Shown: positions 1 through 10,630 of the stretch, piece after piece | How positions within the stretch are numbered: the first letter of the stretch is position 1 | Layout: each line of letters starts with the position of its first letter | Assembly: GCF_001194135.2 (NCBI RefSeq) | Contig: NC_068991.1 | Coordinates: 28,319,336 to 28,368,277 of the forward strand | DNA length: 48,942 nt | DNA from: Octopus bimaculoides | Taxonomy: Eukaryota | Reading direction: 5' to 3' | Program-made: the position numbers and the translations under genes | The notes under the pieces: generated by a model | Seen by the model: the letters and a program-made list of their open reading frames with translations, nothing else | The model's database searches: none | What the model was told of the DNA's origin: nothing

Positions 1-468
1 TGGACGATGCTGAAAGGAATGAGGGCAGAAACTTTCCCCTTTGGTAAATCCCTCATCGACTTTTTCAAGTTTCACTTGAAAAGGAAAGTGAGGGTGAAGA
101 GGGAGGTGCTGTCCACGAGTGAATTTATCAAAAGGTGGGTGAAAGTTGCAAAAATAGCGAGAGTAGATGGTACCACTCTCAATGTAGACCTTTGAGTCGG
201 AAGAAAGAAGTTGGAGTGGGCTCTCGTCCTTGGTACTCAGGGTTATCTTGGATGATGGAGTTCCTTGATTATCCCAAGAGGTCCTCCTGAATCAGAGGTA
301 TCCCATCACGATCCTTTTCCCCCTCTTCTAGCATCATATACTATGTATACTTCCCTTCTTCTAATGTATACTTTGTATACTTTTTATTCCATTATATGTA
401 AACCCCAACACTTTATGTCTGTCTTTGTACTGTCCCCTCATCCTTCACCCTGATGGCAAATAAAAGAA

Positions 469-519
<51 letters not shown>
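1..519 (+). mobile_element. 3' end of a Tx1/L1-clade LINE (ORF2 C-terminus, 3' UTR, AATAAA, (ATT)n tail)
   Basis: Frame ending at 195 reads ...FFKFHLKRKVRVKREVLSTSEFIKRW..., like Tx1-type ORF2 ends; then a pyrimidine-rich UTR, AATAAA at 459-464 and (ATT)n 469-519. Confidence 0.55.
469..519. repeat. (ATT)n microsatellite
   Basis: Directly visible. Confidence 0.95.
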
Positions 520-521
<2 letters not shown>

Positions 522-525
522 AACG

Positions 526-623
526 GTGGTCGATAAATTAAGTACCAGTTGCATACTGGTGTCAATATAATCGACTGGCCCCCTCCCCCAGAAATTCGGG
601 TCATGCGCCTAGAGTAGAAAAGA
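526..623 (+). mobile_element. SINE, 3' half (family A)
   Basis: GTCGATAAATTAAGTACCAGTTG...TCGACTGGCCCCC matches the central/3' part of the copies at 633 and 3027. Confidence 0.8.
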
Positions 624-632
624 TTATTGTTA

Positions 633-843
633 AAGCGGTGAGCTGGCAGAATCGTTAGCACGCCAGGCGAAATGCTTAGCGGTATTTCGTTTGCGCTACC
701 TTCTGAGTTCAAATTCTGTCGGGGTCGACTTTGCCTTTCGTCCTTTCAGGGTCGATGAAACAAGTACCAGTTACGCACTGAGGTCGATGTAATCAACTTA
801 ACTCCTCCTCCGAAATTTCTGACCTTGTTCCAAAATTTGAAAT
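633..843 (+). mobile_element. tRNA-derived SINE, full length (family A)
   Basis: A-box-like GAGCTGGCAGAATCGTTAG, B-box-like GAGTTCAAATTC, central GTCGACTTTGCCTTTC.TCCTTTC.GGGTCGAT motif; several homologous copies in the window. Confidence 0.85.
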
Positions 844-1919
844 CGATATGAAATTAAAATTTTCCTGCCGCTGAGACACTCACTGATGTCATATTAAAAC
901 ATGATTAAAATACATATTTGGCTCAATACGTGAAATGAAATGGTTCCACAATGACGAAAGTATCTACAAGGACACATAAATTCACAGTTAGCGAAAACTT
1001 TTAAACTTGATTGCATTAATTCACCCGTAGTGCTTTGAAGTAGGTATGCCATTCTCGGGTCTATCCGCAAAAATTAAATCCCACGCAGAGTCAAACATCG
1101 TATGTAGATGTCTTAAAATGAAAAACAAAGTAATTTGTACGTGGTACTCGAATCGAGCTTGTATTTCATTATCACGAAAAGTGGATTTTGGAAATAGTGC
1201 CCACTTCTATATTTAAATAATTGAAGAATAATTTACATATGGGAATTCCAGTAGTGAAAGTTATTCTGAAATTAGACCCAGAAAATATTCACACTCCAGA
1301 CCAAAAGAAACTCACATATATATGGAGTAGGTATGGTTCTACTAGTGTTTATAAATTCATTTGTTTATTCTGCGTTAAATGAATCGATTTTTGCAGTGAA
1401 TAGATCTATTTTTAGGTCGAATGGAAGAGGTTTAAAAAAAATCACATGTTTCATTTTGTATTGAAAAGCATGGTGGAGATAGAAGTGTAATGGAGGGCAA
1501 GAGGGGGAGACGTGATAGCAGGAGGGAGAAACGTTCCAAAATCATGGATTTTCCTGGATTTTAAAACTTTTTTTTAAAAGGCTCCCCCTGTTGTTTTTAA
1601 ATACGTAATGCAAAAAAGAAGATGAAAAATCTGGCTTGAGGTCCAAGGGAGAGAGAGGGAGGTGGGAAAATCATAGAATTTCAAAACTTTTGTTTTTCAT
1701 AAAAAGCATTCTCACCACCAACACCCCACCCAATGTTTTCAAGCTTTTGGTACAAATTCGAAAAATCCCCGTTAAAACAGAGAAAATCCAGCTGATGTGG
1801 GTGAGCTATTCTGAAATTTTGCTTTCTCATTTTCTTTACCATTGGCATAAGCTACAACGATCAACAAACACATCCTTACAGTACCTTTTTCCACCAAACA
1901 CCTCCTCACAGTACCTTTT

Positions 1920-2700
1920 TTCACCTAGTGTACCCAAGAACCAAAGGGGGTATCACAGACTGATTTTCTTGAACTTTCTCTAGTGTGTGCTGATATCATT
2001 TCTCAATGGTTGAAAACGCATATTTCTTACATAAAGACCCGTGGAGGTATATGCACACTTTATCGTGACACCTTTTATATACTCTCTGTGCAAGCATGTC
2101 CCAGGCACTCACGATGTATGTCACACTTTCCAGCTTCTTTCCACATAACCTATACTTATTTGTTTCATCTGGGTTATACACATTCCTTATCGAGTTTGTG
2201 TTTAGTGTCTGATCCTGAACAACTACCAACAAACTTTTTGTCTCTGTCTTAAGATCACTTTTTGTCGAACTATTCCTAGAAAATTTTGTTTTTACTTCCT
2301 TCATTTGTCTTTCAAATTGACCATGTAATTCCCTACTTTCCCATGTACACAGTTTCTCAGGTAGCAGCCTCTGTTTATAACTTTCTTTACTTTCAATAGT
2401 TTCAATGCATAAGCATCTGCGTTTGGCAGCATACCTCAAAAGTTCTTCTCTACTACCAGCAAAATATAAATCTAAAGCTACATAATCTTTCACACCTACA
2501 AGCCCTCATCTTCCTACGTTCTGAAGTGTATATAGCCTAATAACATTTGCCTTTGGGTGCAATACACCATTGTCAACCATTTTCTTTCACGTTAACCAAT
2601 ACAATTTCTTCATCTTTTCTTTGGTCCAGTCCAGAATAGCCGCACTATATCTAATAACTGACATAGGACAGACTTTGACAACACTAATCATATTCTTCCC
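1920..2700 (-). mobile_element. Decayed R4/Dong-clade LINE fragment (post-RT region, CCHC finger, part of REL endonuclease)
   Basis: Minus-strand translation gives IRYSAAILDWTK, LHGQF, KSDLKTETKSLLVVVQDQTL, YRLCGKKLESVTYIVSAW, YKRCHDKVCIYLHGSLCKKY. Confidence 0.8.
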
Positions 2701-2702
2701 AT

Positions 2703-2965
2703 ACTGGTTAGGGTGTTGAACTCACGATCGCGAGATCGTGGTTTCAATTCGGGGTGATGCGTTGTGTTCTTGAGCAAAACACTTCACCTCACGTTGCTCT
2801 GCGATCACTGCGACACCTAACGCGTGATATACTGTGCACCTGTTTAGTCAACGTCCATTCGATGGAGGGAGTGAGCTAATGTAAGGTGCATATATTTGAT
2901 CACTATAAACAACTCATCTGTGCAGGTCGTTCGGGAAAGCTGAAATTTCGTACATTACCTTCGAT
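2703..2965 (+). mobile_element. Degenerate tRNA-derived SINE (family C)
   Basis: TGGTTAGGGTG...GGTTTCAATTC head followed by GTTGTGTTCTTGAGCAAAACACTT core-like motif. Confidence 0.55.
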
Positions 2966-2995
2966 AGGAAAGTCCACAATCATCATTGCTGCAGC

Positions 2996-3026
<31 letters not shown>
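2996..3026. repeat. (GTT)n microsatellite
   Basis: Directly visible. Confidence 0.9.
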
Positions 3027-3264
3027 AAGGTAGCGAGCTGGCAGAAACGTTAGCACGCTGGGCGAAATGCTTAACGGTATTTCGTCTGCCATTACGTTCT
3101 GAGTTCAAATTCTGCCGAGGTCGACTTTGCCTTTCATCCTTTCGGAGTCGATAAATTAAGTACCAGTTGTGTACTGGGGTTGATCTAATCGACTTAATCC
3201 TTTTGTCTGTCCTTGTTTGTCCCCTCTATGTTTAGCCCGTTGTGGGCAATAAAGAAATAAGAAT
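3027..3264 (+). mobile_element. tRNA-derived SINE, full length (family A, alternative 3' tail)
   Basis: Same head and core as 633-843; tail TTTGTCTGTCCTTGTTTGTCCCC...GGGCAATAAAGAAATAAGAA. Confidence 0.85.
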
Positions 3265-3265
3265 T

Positions 3266-3331
3266 GTTAGCACGCCGGGAAAATCGTTTAGCGGCATTTC
3301 ATCCGTCGTTAAGTTCTGAATTCAAATACTG
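3266..3331 (+). mobile_element. SINE 5' fragment (family A) running into a gap
   Basis: GTTAGCACGCCGGG...GTTCTGAATTCAAAT homologous to the family A head. Confidence 0.7.
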
Positions 3332-3430
3332 NNNNNNNNNNNNNNNNNNNNNNNNNNNNNNNNNNNNNNNNNNNNNNNNNNNNNNNNNNNNNNNNNNNNN
3401 NNTATTATTATTATTATTATTATTATTATT

Positions 3431-3933
3431 GAGTGACAGAGCAGTGCATTCCATCAAAGTGACACTGGGGTAAAATATACGAAGCCCAACATACCCATCA
3501 TGACTACCCGTCTGATAAGGGTACACCAGGCACATGTATCACAACCATATGTGCGCCTCATTGTGATCTCATATCAAGATAAACAGTGCATGACCTTGCA
3601 GGTAGGACCCAGTTAGAATTTTCTTCAGGTCGAGTAGCTCATCCCGCTTAAAAGTTCCCTGAATAATGGTTGTTTAAGGATGTTGAACAAAACATGTTTC
3701 CAAAGGTGAACTATCCAAACCCCAAAGAATTCCTTTCAACACATAGCTATGATGCTCTCTCACTACTTCTGCTCATGATCAGATATGCACATATCGTCAG
3801 CTACTAAGGGACATGCTCAACTGGTTAAGGTCAAACAACTGATAAACAAATCTACGAAGACAAAACAATGTACATAGTATTTTCAGTTAGTTAAGATCAG
3901 AAGCCATGAGAGTCACTGCCTGATACTGCATCA
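3431..3933. mobile_element. Unclassified non-coding element bracketed by (TAT)n arrays
   Basis: ~500 bp of higher-complexity sequence with sharp boundaries at (TAT)n 3403-3430 and 3934-3981; no convincing ORF. Confidence 0.45.
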
Positions 3934-4026
<93 letters not shown>

Positions 4027-4047
4027 CAGCAGCAGCAGCAACAGCAG
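3934..4047. repeat. Compound microsatellite (TAT)n-(GTA)n-(GCA)n
   Basis: Directly visible. Confidence 0.95.
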
Positions 4048-4960
4048 TTTACATCAGTTTTTGTTGGAACTCCGGGAGTCTTTGCATGCCTAGCGGGCTT
4101 GCTACATGCAGCCTACGGTACCTTTTTAACTATCGAATACCTTCCTGATGATTCTGGTCGTTCCAAGGAGGCAAACCTTTTGTAACAGTTCTACTGGGCA
4201 CTTTATTCCAATTTCTTTTATATCCTTCTTGATGCCTTCTGATATTGTCCCCAAGAACCCAGCAACAATTGACATTGTCTTCACCGTCTTCATTTTCTAT
4301 AGTCGGACAATCTCGTATTTAAGAGGGATATATATATGTCATCCTTCTTGACTATTCGTAGCTCAAATAGTCACACAACATCTATTATGGAACACATGTG
4401 GTTCACCTTGACCACCACTAGGTCTGGTTTGTTGTGCTCAAGCACCTGGTCTGTTTGTATTGGGAAATCCCACTGGGTTTTGCAGGTCTCCGACTCTGCC
4501 ACCCTCTGTGGTTTGTGCTCGTAACACGTCTTGCCTGTCTCTAGCTCCCACTCTTTAAAAAGTTTCCAATGTAGCACTTTCGCTACCTCATCATGTTGCC
4601 ACAGCTTATATTTTGAGCAAATCAAAGGCATTCGTACACGATGTAGGTTATGGTTTTGTCAACTCTATTACAGACTCGGCACAGTGGAGACACTTGCTCA
4701 TTCCTAAGTGTGACCCTCCAATTTGTGATCAAAGCGTGGTCTTGCGCTGCCAGAATTGTGCTCCTGGTCTCCTTTTTCAATGTTCCCTTCTTCAACCAGA
4801 CCCACCTATGTTTTCCGGCAACTTCAGTTTTGGCTACATGGAACTGACTTTGTAGTCCGTTGTTACATGGTGCGTCTTCATGTCCTTGTTTTGTTCTTTT
4901 CTTTTTCCCTGATTTCAATCCGCCCTCATCTCAACTGCCCCTAGCAAGGTTTCCTCACTT
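4048..4960 (-). mobile_element. 5'-truncated R4/Dong-clade LINE with CCHC finger, REL endonuclease and 3' UTR
   Basis: WLKKGTLKKETRSTILAAQD, PLCRVCNRVDKTITYIV, HDEVAKVLHWKL, WDFPIQTDQVLEHNKPDLVVV...IIDV and terminal LLQKVCLLGTTRIIRKVF*. Confidence 0.85.
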
Positions 4961-4968
4961 TATTATTA

Positions 4969-5033
<65 letters not shown>
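4961..5033. repeat. (ATT)n microsatellite
   Basis: Directly visible. Confidence 0.95.
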
Positions 5034-5216
5034 GCTTCTAAATTCTACATCATCAATAATTCCATCTCAACATCTTTGAATTTGGAGAAATATTTTAACT
5101 TCCACTCCTAATAAACAAATCAGAACAAATTCACCACAGTTTCTATTATGTATTTGCAGTTTGTGTAAACTACTATGATTAGGCACTTCTCAATTTCTCT
5201 ATTTTTCCAATTCCAG

Positions 5217-5261
5217 TAAAATACCGGCGAAATTACAGAAAAACGACAAAGTTAGATAATG
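5217..5261 (+). CDS. Candidate 45-nt juxtamembrane exon of the SEFIR/IL-17R-like gene
   Basis: Polypyrimidine acceptor TTTTTCCAATTCCAG (AG 5215-5216), donor G|GTGAGT at 5262; phase 1/1 exon reads KYRRNYRKTTKLDN(G) and joins in frame to the exon at 10020. Confidence 0.6.
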
Positions 5262-5899
5262 GTGAGTATATTTTGATATTGTTTATCATGGCAAATATAA
5301 AAGTAAGAAAAGTTTAAACTACTTGAGCACAAAATATGACGTGGGGTAAGAGAGGAAATGTGCGGAGGAACAATAGTTAAAGATGAACTCAGACAACTGT
5401 GGGACAAATGGACTCAGACAACCGTGCATGGGCAAGGGTTTGAAATACTGACGACTAGATATAAGGCTGTAATTCATATCTTGTTATTGCTGTTATATTG
5501 TGTCAGGTGCATCTAGCTTTAAATGAATATCTAAATAGGATTGATAGGCTGTGGAAGCACTGTAAAACTAACGAGTGATTCGTATAAACGCTGTACTGAG
5601 CTCATATGAACCTTTAAGAGTTTGAAACTGCGAAACAAACACTATCACTATGGTTCATCACCGCCACCACCATCAACATCATCATCATCGTCGTCGTTAT
5701 CATCATCATCACCGTTTTAATATCAATTTTTCCATACCGGTATGGGTTGGACGGGTCAGTTACAGAGCATGTCTCCAATTATCTAAGTTTTTTCTCATCT
5801 AGTTTAGGAGTCTCAACATCTGGAAAGAACAAAAAAAAAAATGAAATCTTTAATTCCAGTTTGGCTGTCGATGGTACAATCTAAAGAGAGTTAGAAAAG

Positions 5900-6580
5900 G
5901 ATGTCGTCGACGATGACCTGGAAACAATTGGATGTATCGGCCATCAAGGACATCCTAAATAGTCTCCAGAAGCCGTCAACATTCTTCGGCTTACCTAACT
6001 ACGGATGTTTCAAGTTCATTACCAACTGAAGTAGACTGCTGCAGACTGCAGCCGACGAGTGTGGCATGTAGCCATACACTTGTAGCACAGTCTATTCACT
6101 CCCAATGATTTTCTCTTCACAGCCACTTAAAGTATCCTCAATTTCAGCTGCTGAAATTGTCTTTTTGCAGTACTTTGCGTCTTCCATCAGCATTGCAGCA
6201 GACTATCAGATAAGTAATGAAAAGATTATAAGCAACTTCCAAAAGTTCTTGTCTTGTAGTGCTACCAGGGATAGCCATTTCAAGTTTTGTTGTACAAGTG
6301 GTGCTGCAAATCTTTAACCCAGGCCGATATTTGATGCTTGTAGGGTGATGAAACAACTTTCCTTTCGTTCATTCACGGTCCAAACATTTCACATTTGTGG
6401 GATCAGGACGACCACTTTTTAAAGAAAGTAAAACGGATTGTATTGTCTGCCAAGGCCATCGCAAACTACCCGGTCACCTTCCATTGACAAGCAACAGCAA
6501 GCAGCTTTTCTCTAGTAGCTATACCTTAAGCGGTGGTGTTGTAAGTGCTTCAAATGGTACTTTTTCAACTTTCATTTGAA
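5900..6580 (-). pseudogene. Highly decayed remnant, possibly a hAT C-terminal dimerisation domain
   Basis: Minus strand near 6070 reads MPHSSAAVCSSLLQLVMNLK, like the LPHSSAAxER.FS motif; many stops around it. Confidence 0.3.
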
Positions 6581-6865
6581 GAAAAAAGGTCGTTGAAATG
6601 ATGGATGGGGAAGTATTGCCTTGCAGTAAGTTTGCTGACCGGTAGGTGAGAGTGATTGGCGCAATGTAATTAAATGGTTCCAATTTCGATTTGTGTCTGT
6701 AATTTCATAATAGGGGTAGAGAGGAGGCAGCTATTTTAATACTGAAACACATTTGGAACTTTTCTATGTTGTATTCAATGTGAAATTCCTACTATGTATG
6801 TAATATGCAACATTCAACTTTGTTGCAAATAAAGAACCAGTTATCATGATTTCTATAAATTATTG

Positions 6866-7055
6866 GTTTTCAGCAACTTCGTCGAGGAAAGTAAGTCGAT
6901 TATATCGACCCCAGTGCTCAACTGGTACTTATTTTATCGACCCCGAAAGAATGAAAGGCTAAGTCGACCTCGGCGGAACTCAGAACATGTAGACAGACGA
7001 AATGCCGCAGGGCATTTAACCTGGTGTGCTAACAATTCTGCCAGCTTGCCGCTTT
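6866..7055 (-). mobile_element. tRNA-derived SINE (family A)
   Basis: Reverse complement matches the head and core of 633-843. Confidence 0.85.
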
Positions 7056-7457
7056 ATGATTTTTATTAACTTCCAGAAATCATTGGCTGACCTGTGTTAT
7101 GGAGCAGTACCTCCAGTTCAGAATAATCTCTAAAGACATGAAAGTGCCATCATTCGGGTCTCTCCAAAATATGCACAGTGGAATGGACCACTCTGGTCCT
7201 ACTCAGTGACTTCCAAGGTATTGTTGACTCATAGAGTTAAGTCGAACAGTAGTCGGCATGTAGGATATATCCACCTATCAGCTGAGTTCATTATGCCGAA
7301 TGCTTCCGCTTTACTTCTTTAACATGGAAGGTCAAGAAGTCTTCCAGCCAAATGGTTGTGACGAAAGAGATTGTGTGGTAGACGAGGTTAAACTGGCAGA
7401 AGACAGACACTTTCCATTTTGATCAAGCCCTCATCGACTCTTAAATTTTCACTTGGA

Positions 7458-7559
7458 AAGGAAGATGAGAATAGAGAAGGAAGATGAGAATAGAGAAGGA
7501 AGATGAGAATAGAGAAGGAAGATGAGAATAGAGAAGGAAGATGAGAATAGAGAAGGAAG
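7458..7559. repeat. 19-bp minisatellite AAGGAAGATGAGAATAGAG, about 5.4 copies
   Basis: Perfect head-to-tail copies visible. Confidence 0.95.
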
Positions 7560-8336
7560 TTCTCTTTCGTAAATATACCAAAATGTGAATGACTGAGTAA
7601 ATATAGAAAGAGTGAATGGCTTGTAGCGAGGTCTAGAACCAAAACCTTACTGCTTTGATATCTGGATCAAGTCCATAATTGAATCAAGTGACGTGCCCTG
7701 ATGACCGACCAATCAGTTTGTAGGAATATCACTCTATTTCATAGAATGTTCTATGACGTTTCCCGCACTAAAGTAATTATAAAAGCGAAAGCGTGCCAAA
7801 ATCAGTGCAGGGGTTGAGAAAACCCCCGAAGAGCACATATCCTCACCTCTTACTAAAAGTAAACTAGAGAGAGTGGCACACTTCGGAAGCACAAGCAACT
7901 AGCCTTTACTTCGATAAGTTTTCCTTCACCAAAGTTCAGCCCCGAGCTAAAAAGAATTCTTCAATTGTATTGGACAAGCATTACACTCACCTCTAAAATT
8001 AATCTTAATCCCTTGTGATAGAAATTTAACAACCACTTTCGGGAATCGGGTTCTAAAATGGTCAACTTGACGAAGAACGAATACTCATTAGCCAGCGTGA
8101 CAGGCTCTTTTTGCAACATGTATTAGTAAGTCTGAAAATGTCATTTGGTGGAGGACCCGTAATTCTCAAGTATACTAGATATTTGCTTGCAGGGTAGGGT
8201 TGAGAGTGGGATGAGGGCGAAGGATAGAGGTATGGAAGTTGTGTACATGCACGTATATGTATGGGCTTGTATATGGCAAAATCGATCATGATAAATCTTA
8301 TGATTTTTCATACTGCAGTGCAGAGAAGTATCGAGG

Positions 8337-8389
<53 letters not shown>
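8337..8389. repeat. (GA)n microsatellite
   Basis: Directly visible. Confidence 0.95.
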
Positions 8390-8749
8390 CTAACGTTTAT
8401 ATTTAAGGTTCAATCGGCCAGTTTGCAAAGATATATCTGCGCTCATGAAGACGGAGAAAAAAAATAAACTCACTTTTAAAGTTCAGGATGGTGTCTTGAT
8501 GAAAGGGAACCTTCAATACTATTCTTTTCTCAACTAAACAGAACCTCTAACTCCTACAGCTGTAAATAAGAAGTTTGTACTTTTCTAGTATCATCCACTT
8601 GATGTTGTGACGTGCATCTCATTCTTTCAGTGTCCATATACACCTACCTATAGTTATTTCGCCTTTTTGGGGCTATATGTGCTTGTGCGTGTAATAAATA
8701 TAAACTATAATATACAGTGATAAACAAATACACTGATTAAAATAGATAT

Positions 8750-8943
8750 TAGTTAGCTCCCTTCGTGCCATGAGGCATCTTAGGCTGCAACACGATCTCT
8801 CGAACCAGCTCTGTTTTCTGCCACTGTCTGATCTCATTCCAGCTTCTCCACCTTTCTCGTCTCCTTTCTTTGTCAACGGTTTTTTGCTATATGGTTTCAG
8901 GATGCTCTGCTGATCTTTTTCCGCCTCAGACAGTCGCTTTAGT
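8750..8943 (-). mobile_element. RTE-clade LINE 3' end, degraded
   Basis: TAGCTCCCTTCGTGCCATGAGGCAT is the reverse complement of an RTE-type terminus; same orientation as the RT fragment at 9110-9930. Confidence 0.5.
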
Positions 8944-9106
8944 CACGTTTATTCATCTGATGATGATTTGGCAATGACAAATGCTATCGACAGAGCCACA
9001 GAGTACGAGCTTCTTTATGGTAACTGGATTCTCAGACAACATCCTCATTCATTCACCTTATAAAATTTACAATTTACTTTAGACAATTTCCGTTACTCAA
9101 ACACTT
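8944..9106 (+). pseudogene. Partial duplicate of the SEFIR gene 3' end (last 39 codons, stop and 43 nt of UTR)
   Basis: Gapless alignment to 10511-10673 at offset 1567, 12 mismatches in 163 bp counted by eye; reads HVYSSDDDLAMTNAIDRATEYELLYGNWILRQHPHSFTL*. Confidence 0.9.
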
Positions 9107-9109
9107 TTG

Positions 9110-9930
9110 TCACTTTCCACTTTTCACATCCGTAGAGTAATACTGGTTGGGTCAATGTCTTGAACAGCATCAGCTTCGTTTTGCGGCCTGTACCATTGCT
9201 TCCTTATATTTTTGCTAGATTATAGAATGCTCTTTGGGCTTTGAATATTCTGTTCTTTATATCCCTCGTTCCCCATTCTGTCTTTCATAATTGTTGCTCC
9301 GAAGTAAACAAATTATTCGATGATTTTCACCGCGTTGTCGCCGATTCTTCCACGAGCTTGTTGTCTGGCATTATTCCTTAGTGCTTTACCTTTTTCTGGA
9401 TTGAGTTCTGTGCCTGTCTGTATGTCTTGCTCTGGATGTGTTCGTAGGTGGATGATAGCAACGCTAAGTTGTCAGCGAAGTCGAAATCTTCGAGTGTACT
9501 CTCGAGGTTCCACTTAATGTCATTCTTATGCTTTTCTGTTGTTCTTTGCATGACCCAGCCTATTGCCAAGAAAAACAGAAAGCCTGGCATGACACATCCT
9601 TGCTTGACTCCAGTTGTAACCTTAAACCACCCTGTACTGTCTCCGTCGTCCACTACCGTGTACCCGAAGGCGTTGTACAAGGCCTGCACCATCCTAATCA
9701 ACTTGTCAGAAATGCCATATGATCTCTTTATTTTCGTGTTCTTTGTGGTGGACTGAGTGAATGGCTTTTTCAAAGTCAGCGAAGTGAACATACAGTGTTG
9801 CTTTCCACTCTTGGACTTGCTCTAAAATGTTTCTGAGGATAACTATTTGCTCGGTTGTGCTTCTTTTCTTGCGGAATCCCAGCCTTCTCTTTCCCGAGTG
9901 CCTGATCTACTCCTCTCAGTATTCTCTCAA
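9110..9930 (-). mobile_element. RTE-clade LINE RT fragment, frameshifted
   Basis: GVKQGCVMPGFLFFLAI, LEDFDFADNLALLS, LMLFKTLTQPVLLYGCE, FADFEKAIHS on the minus strand. Confidence 0.85.
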
Positions 9931-10019
9931 TATACAATGATAAAATTAACCGTAATTAAACGGTGATTTTAATATAAATATTCGGTGACTATAAACCAAT
10001 TCATTCCTTCATTTTTCAG

Positions 10020-10630
10020 GTTCCCAACCAGAACTAAAAGAAAAGAACAAAATAAAAGTATATGTCATCAACACTTTTGACCACGAGCAGCACCAAAGGG
10101 CATGTGATTCTTTCATGGTGTACCTACATGAACACTGCTTCTGCGAAGTCTTAAACCTAAACGAGAATAACAAAATAACGACTGATTTAGCAGATATCTT
10201 CAAATCAGTTGATTTTATCATTTTAATCCATTCTGAAGGTTATTCTAAACAAGTAACTGCTTGGAAAGAGAAAATATTATATCCAGAACTATGTAAATCT
10301 AACCCGTCTATTTTACTTCAGATTATGAACGACACAGTAACAAACTGTATTGATTGTGCCATGAACTACACGAATCCTAACTATTTGGCACCAAAGAACA
10401 AGAGCAAACAGCTCTTCATCATTCCTGACAACATGACAGAATTGGTCTGTTACATTCACAATATTAAGCTGGACTCTACAGATGAGGAAAACATTCCTTT
10501 GATTGAAGAGCACATTTATTCATCTGATGACGGTTTGGCAATGACAAATGCTATCGACAGAGCCACAGAGTACGAGCTTCTTCATGATGACTGGTTTCTC
10601 AAACTACATCCTCATTCATTCACCATATAA
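10020..10630 (+). CDS. Terminal exon encoding a SEFIR domain (IL-17 receptor / Sef-like cytoplasmic region)
   Basis: Acceptor TTCCTTCATTTTTCAG (AG 10018-10019); open frame from 10022 to TAA 10628-10630: SQPELKEKNKIKVYVINTFDHEQHQRACDSFMVYLHEHCFCEVLNL...FKSVDFIILIHSEGYSKQVTAW...LFIIPDNMTELVCYIHNI. This follows the SEFIR pattern KVFI.YS.D...H...V..FA.FL...CGCEV / FIIVVCS.G / LMD.L..L..HLH. Confidence 0.8.

Noticed and set aside
633-730. tRNA genes at SINE heads
   Set aside because: A/B-box-like motifs only; no cloverleaf, and each continues into a SINE body.
1290-1400. Hydrophobic stretch IYGVGMVLLVFINSFVYSA as the receptor TM exon
   Set aside because: Weakly hydrophobic, and no phase-1 GT donor follows it.
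4860-5111. ORFs with poly-Ile/Leu/Asn/CV/SL runs (also 3264-3535, 11647-11890, 26766, 37719)
   Set aside because: Translations of microsatellites.
7081-7370. Possible extra exon in the SEFIR intron
   Set aside because: Stops in the candidate + frames; the minus strand faintly resembles a decayed RTE 3' region, too weak to annotate.
7458-7559. Direct-repeat array as CRISPR
   Set aside because: Contiguous 19-bp units with no spacers, in eukaryotic context.
8058-8131. Possible alternative first coding exon (ATG 8058 to GTAAGT 8126)
   Set aside because: The ATG frame ends in phase 2 and would give TA|G (stop) on joining the SEFIR exon; the phase-1 frame has a stop and no ATG.
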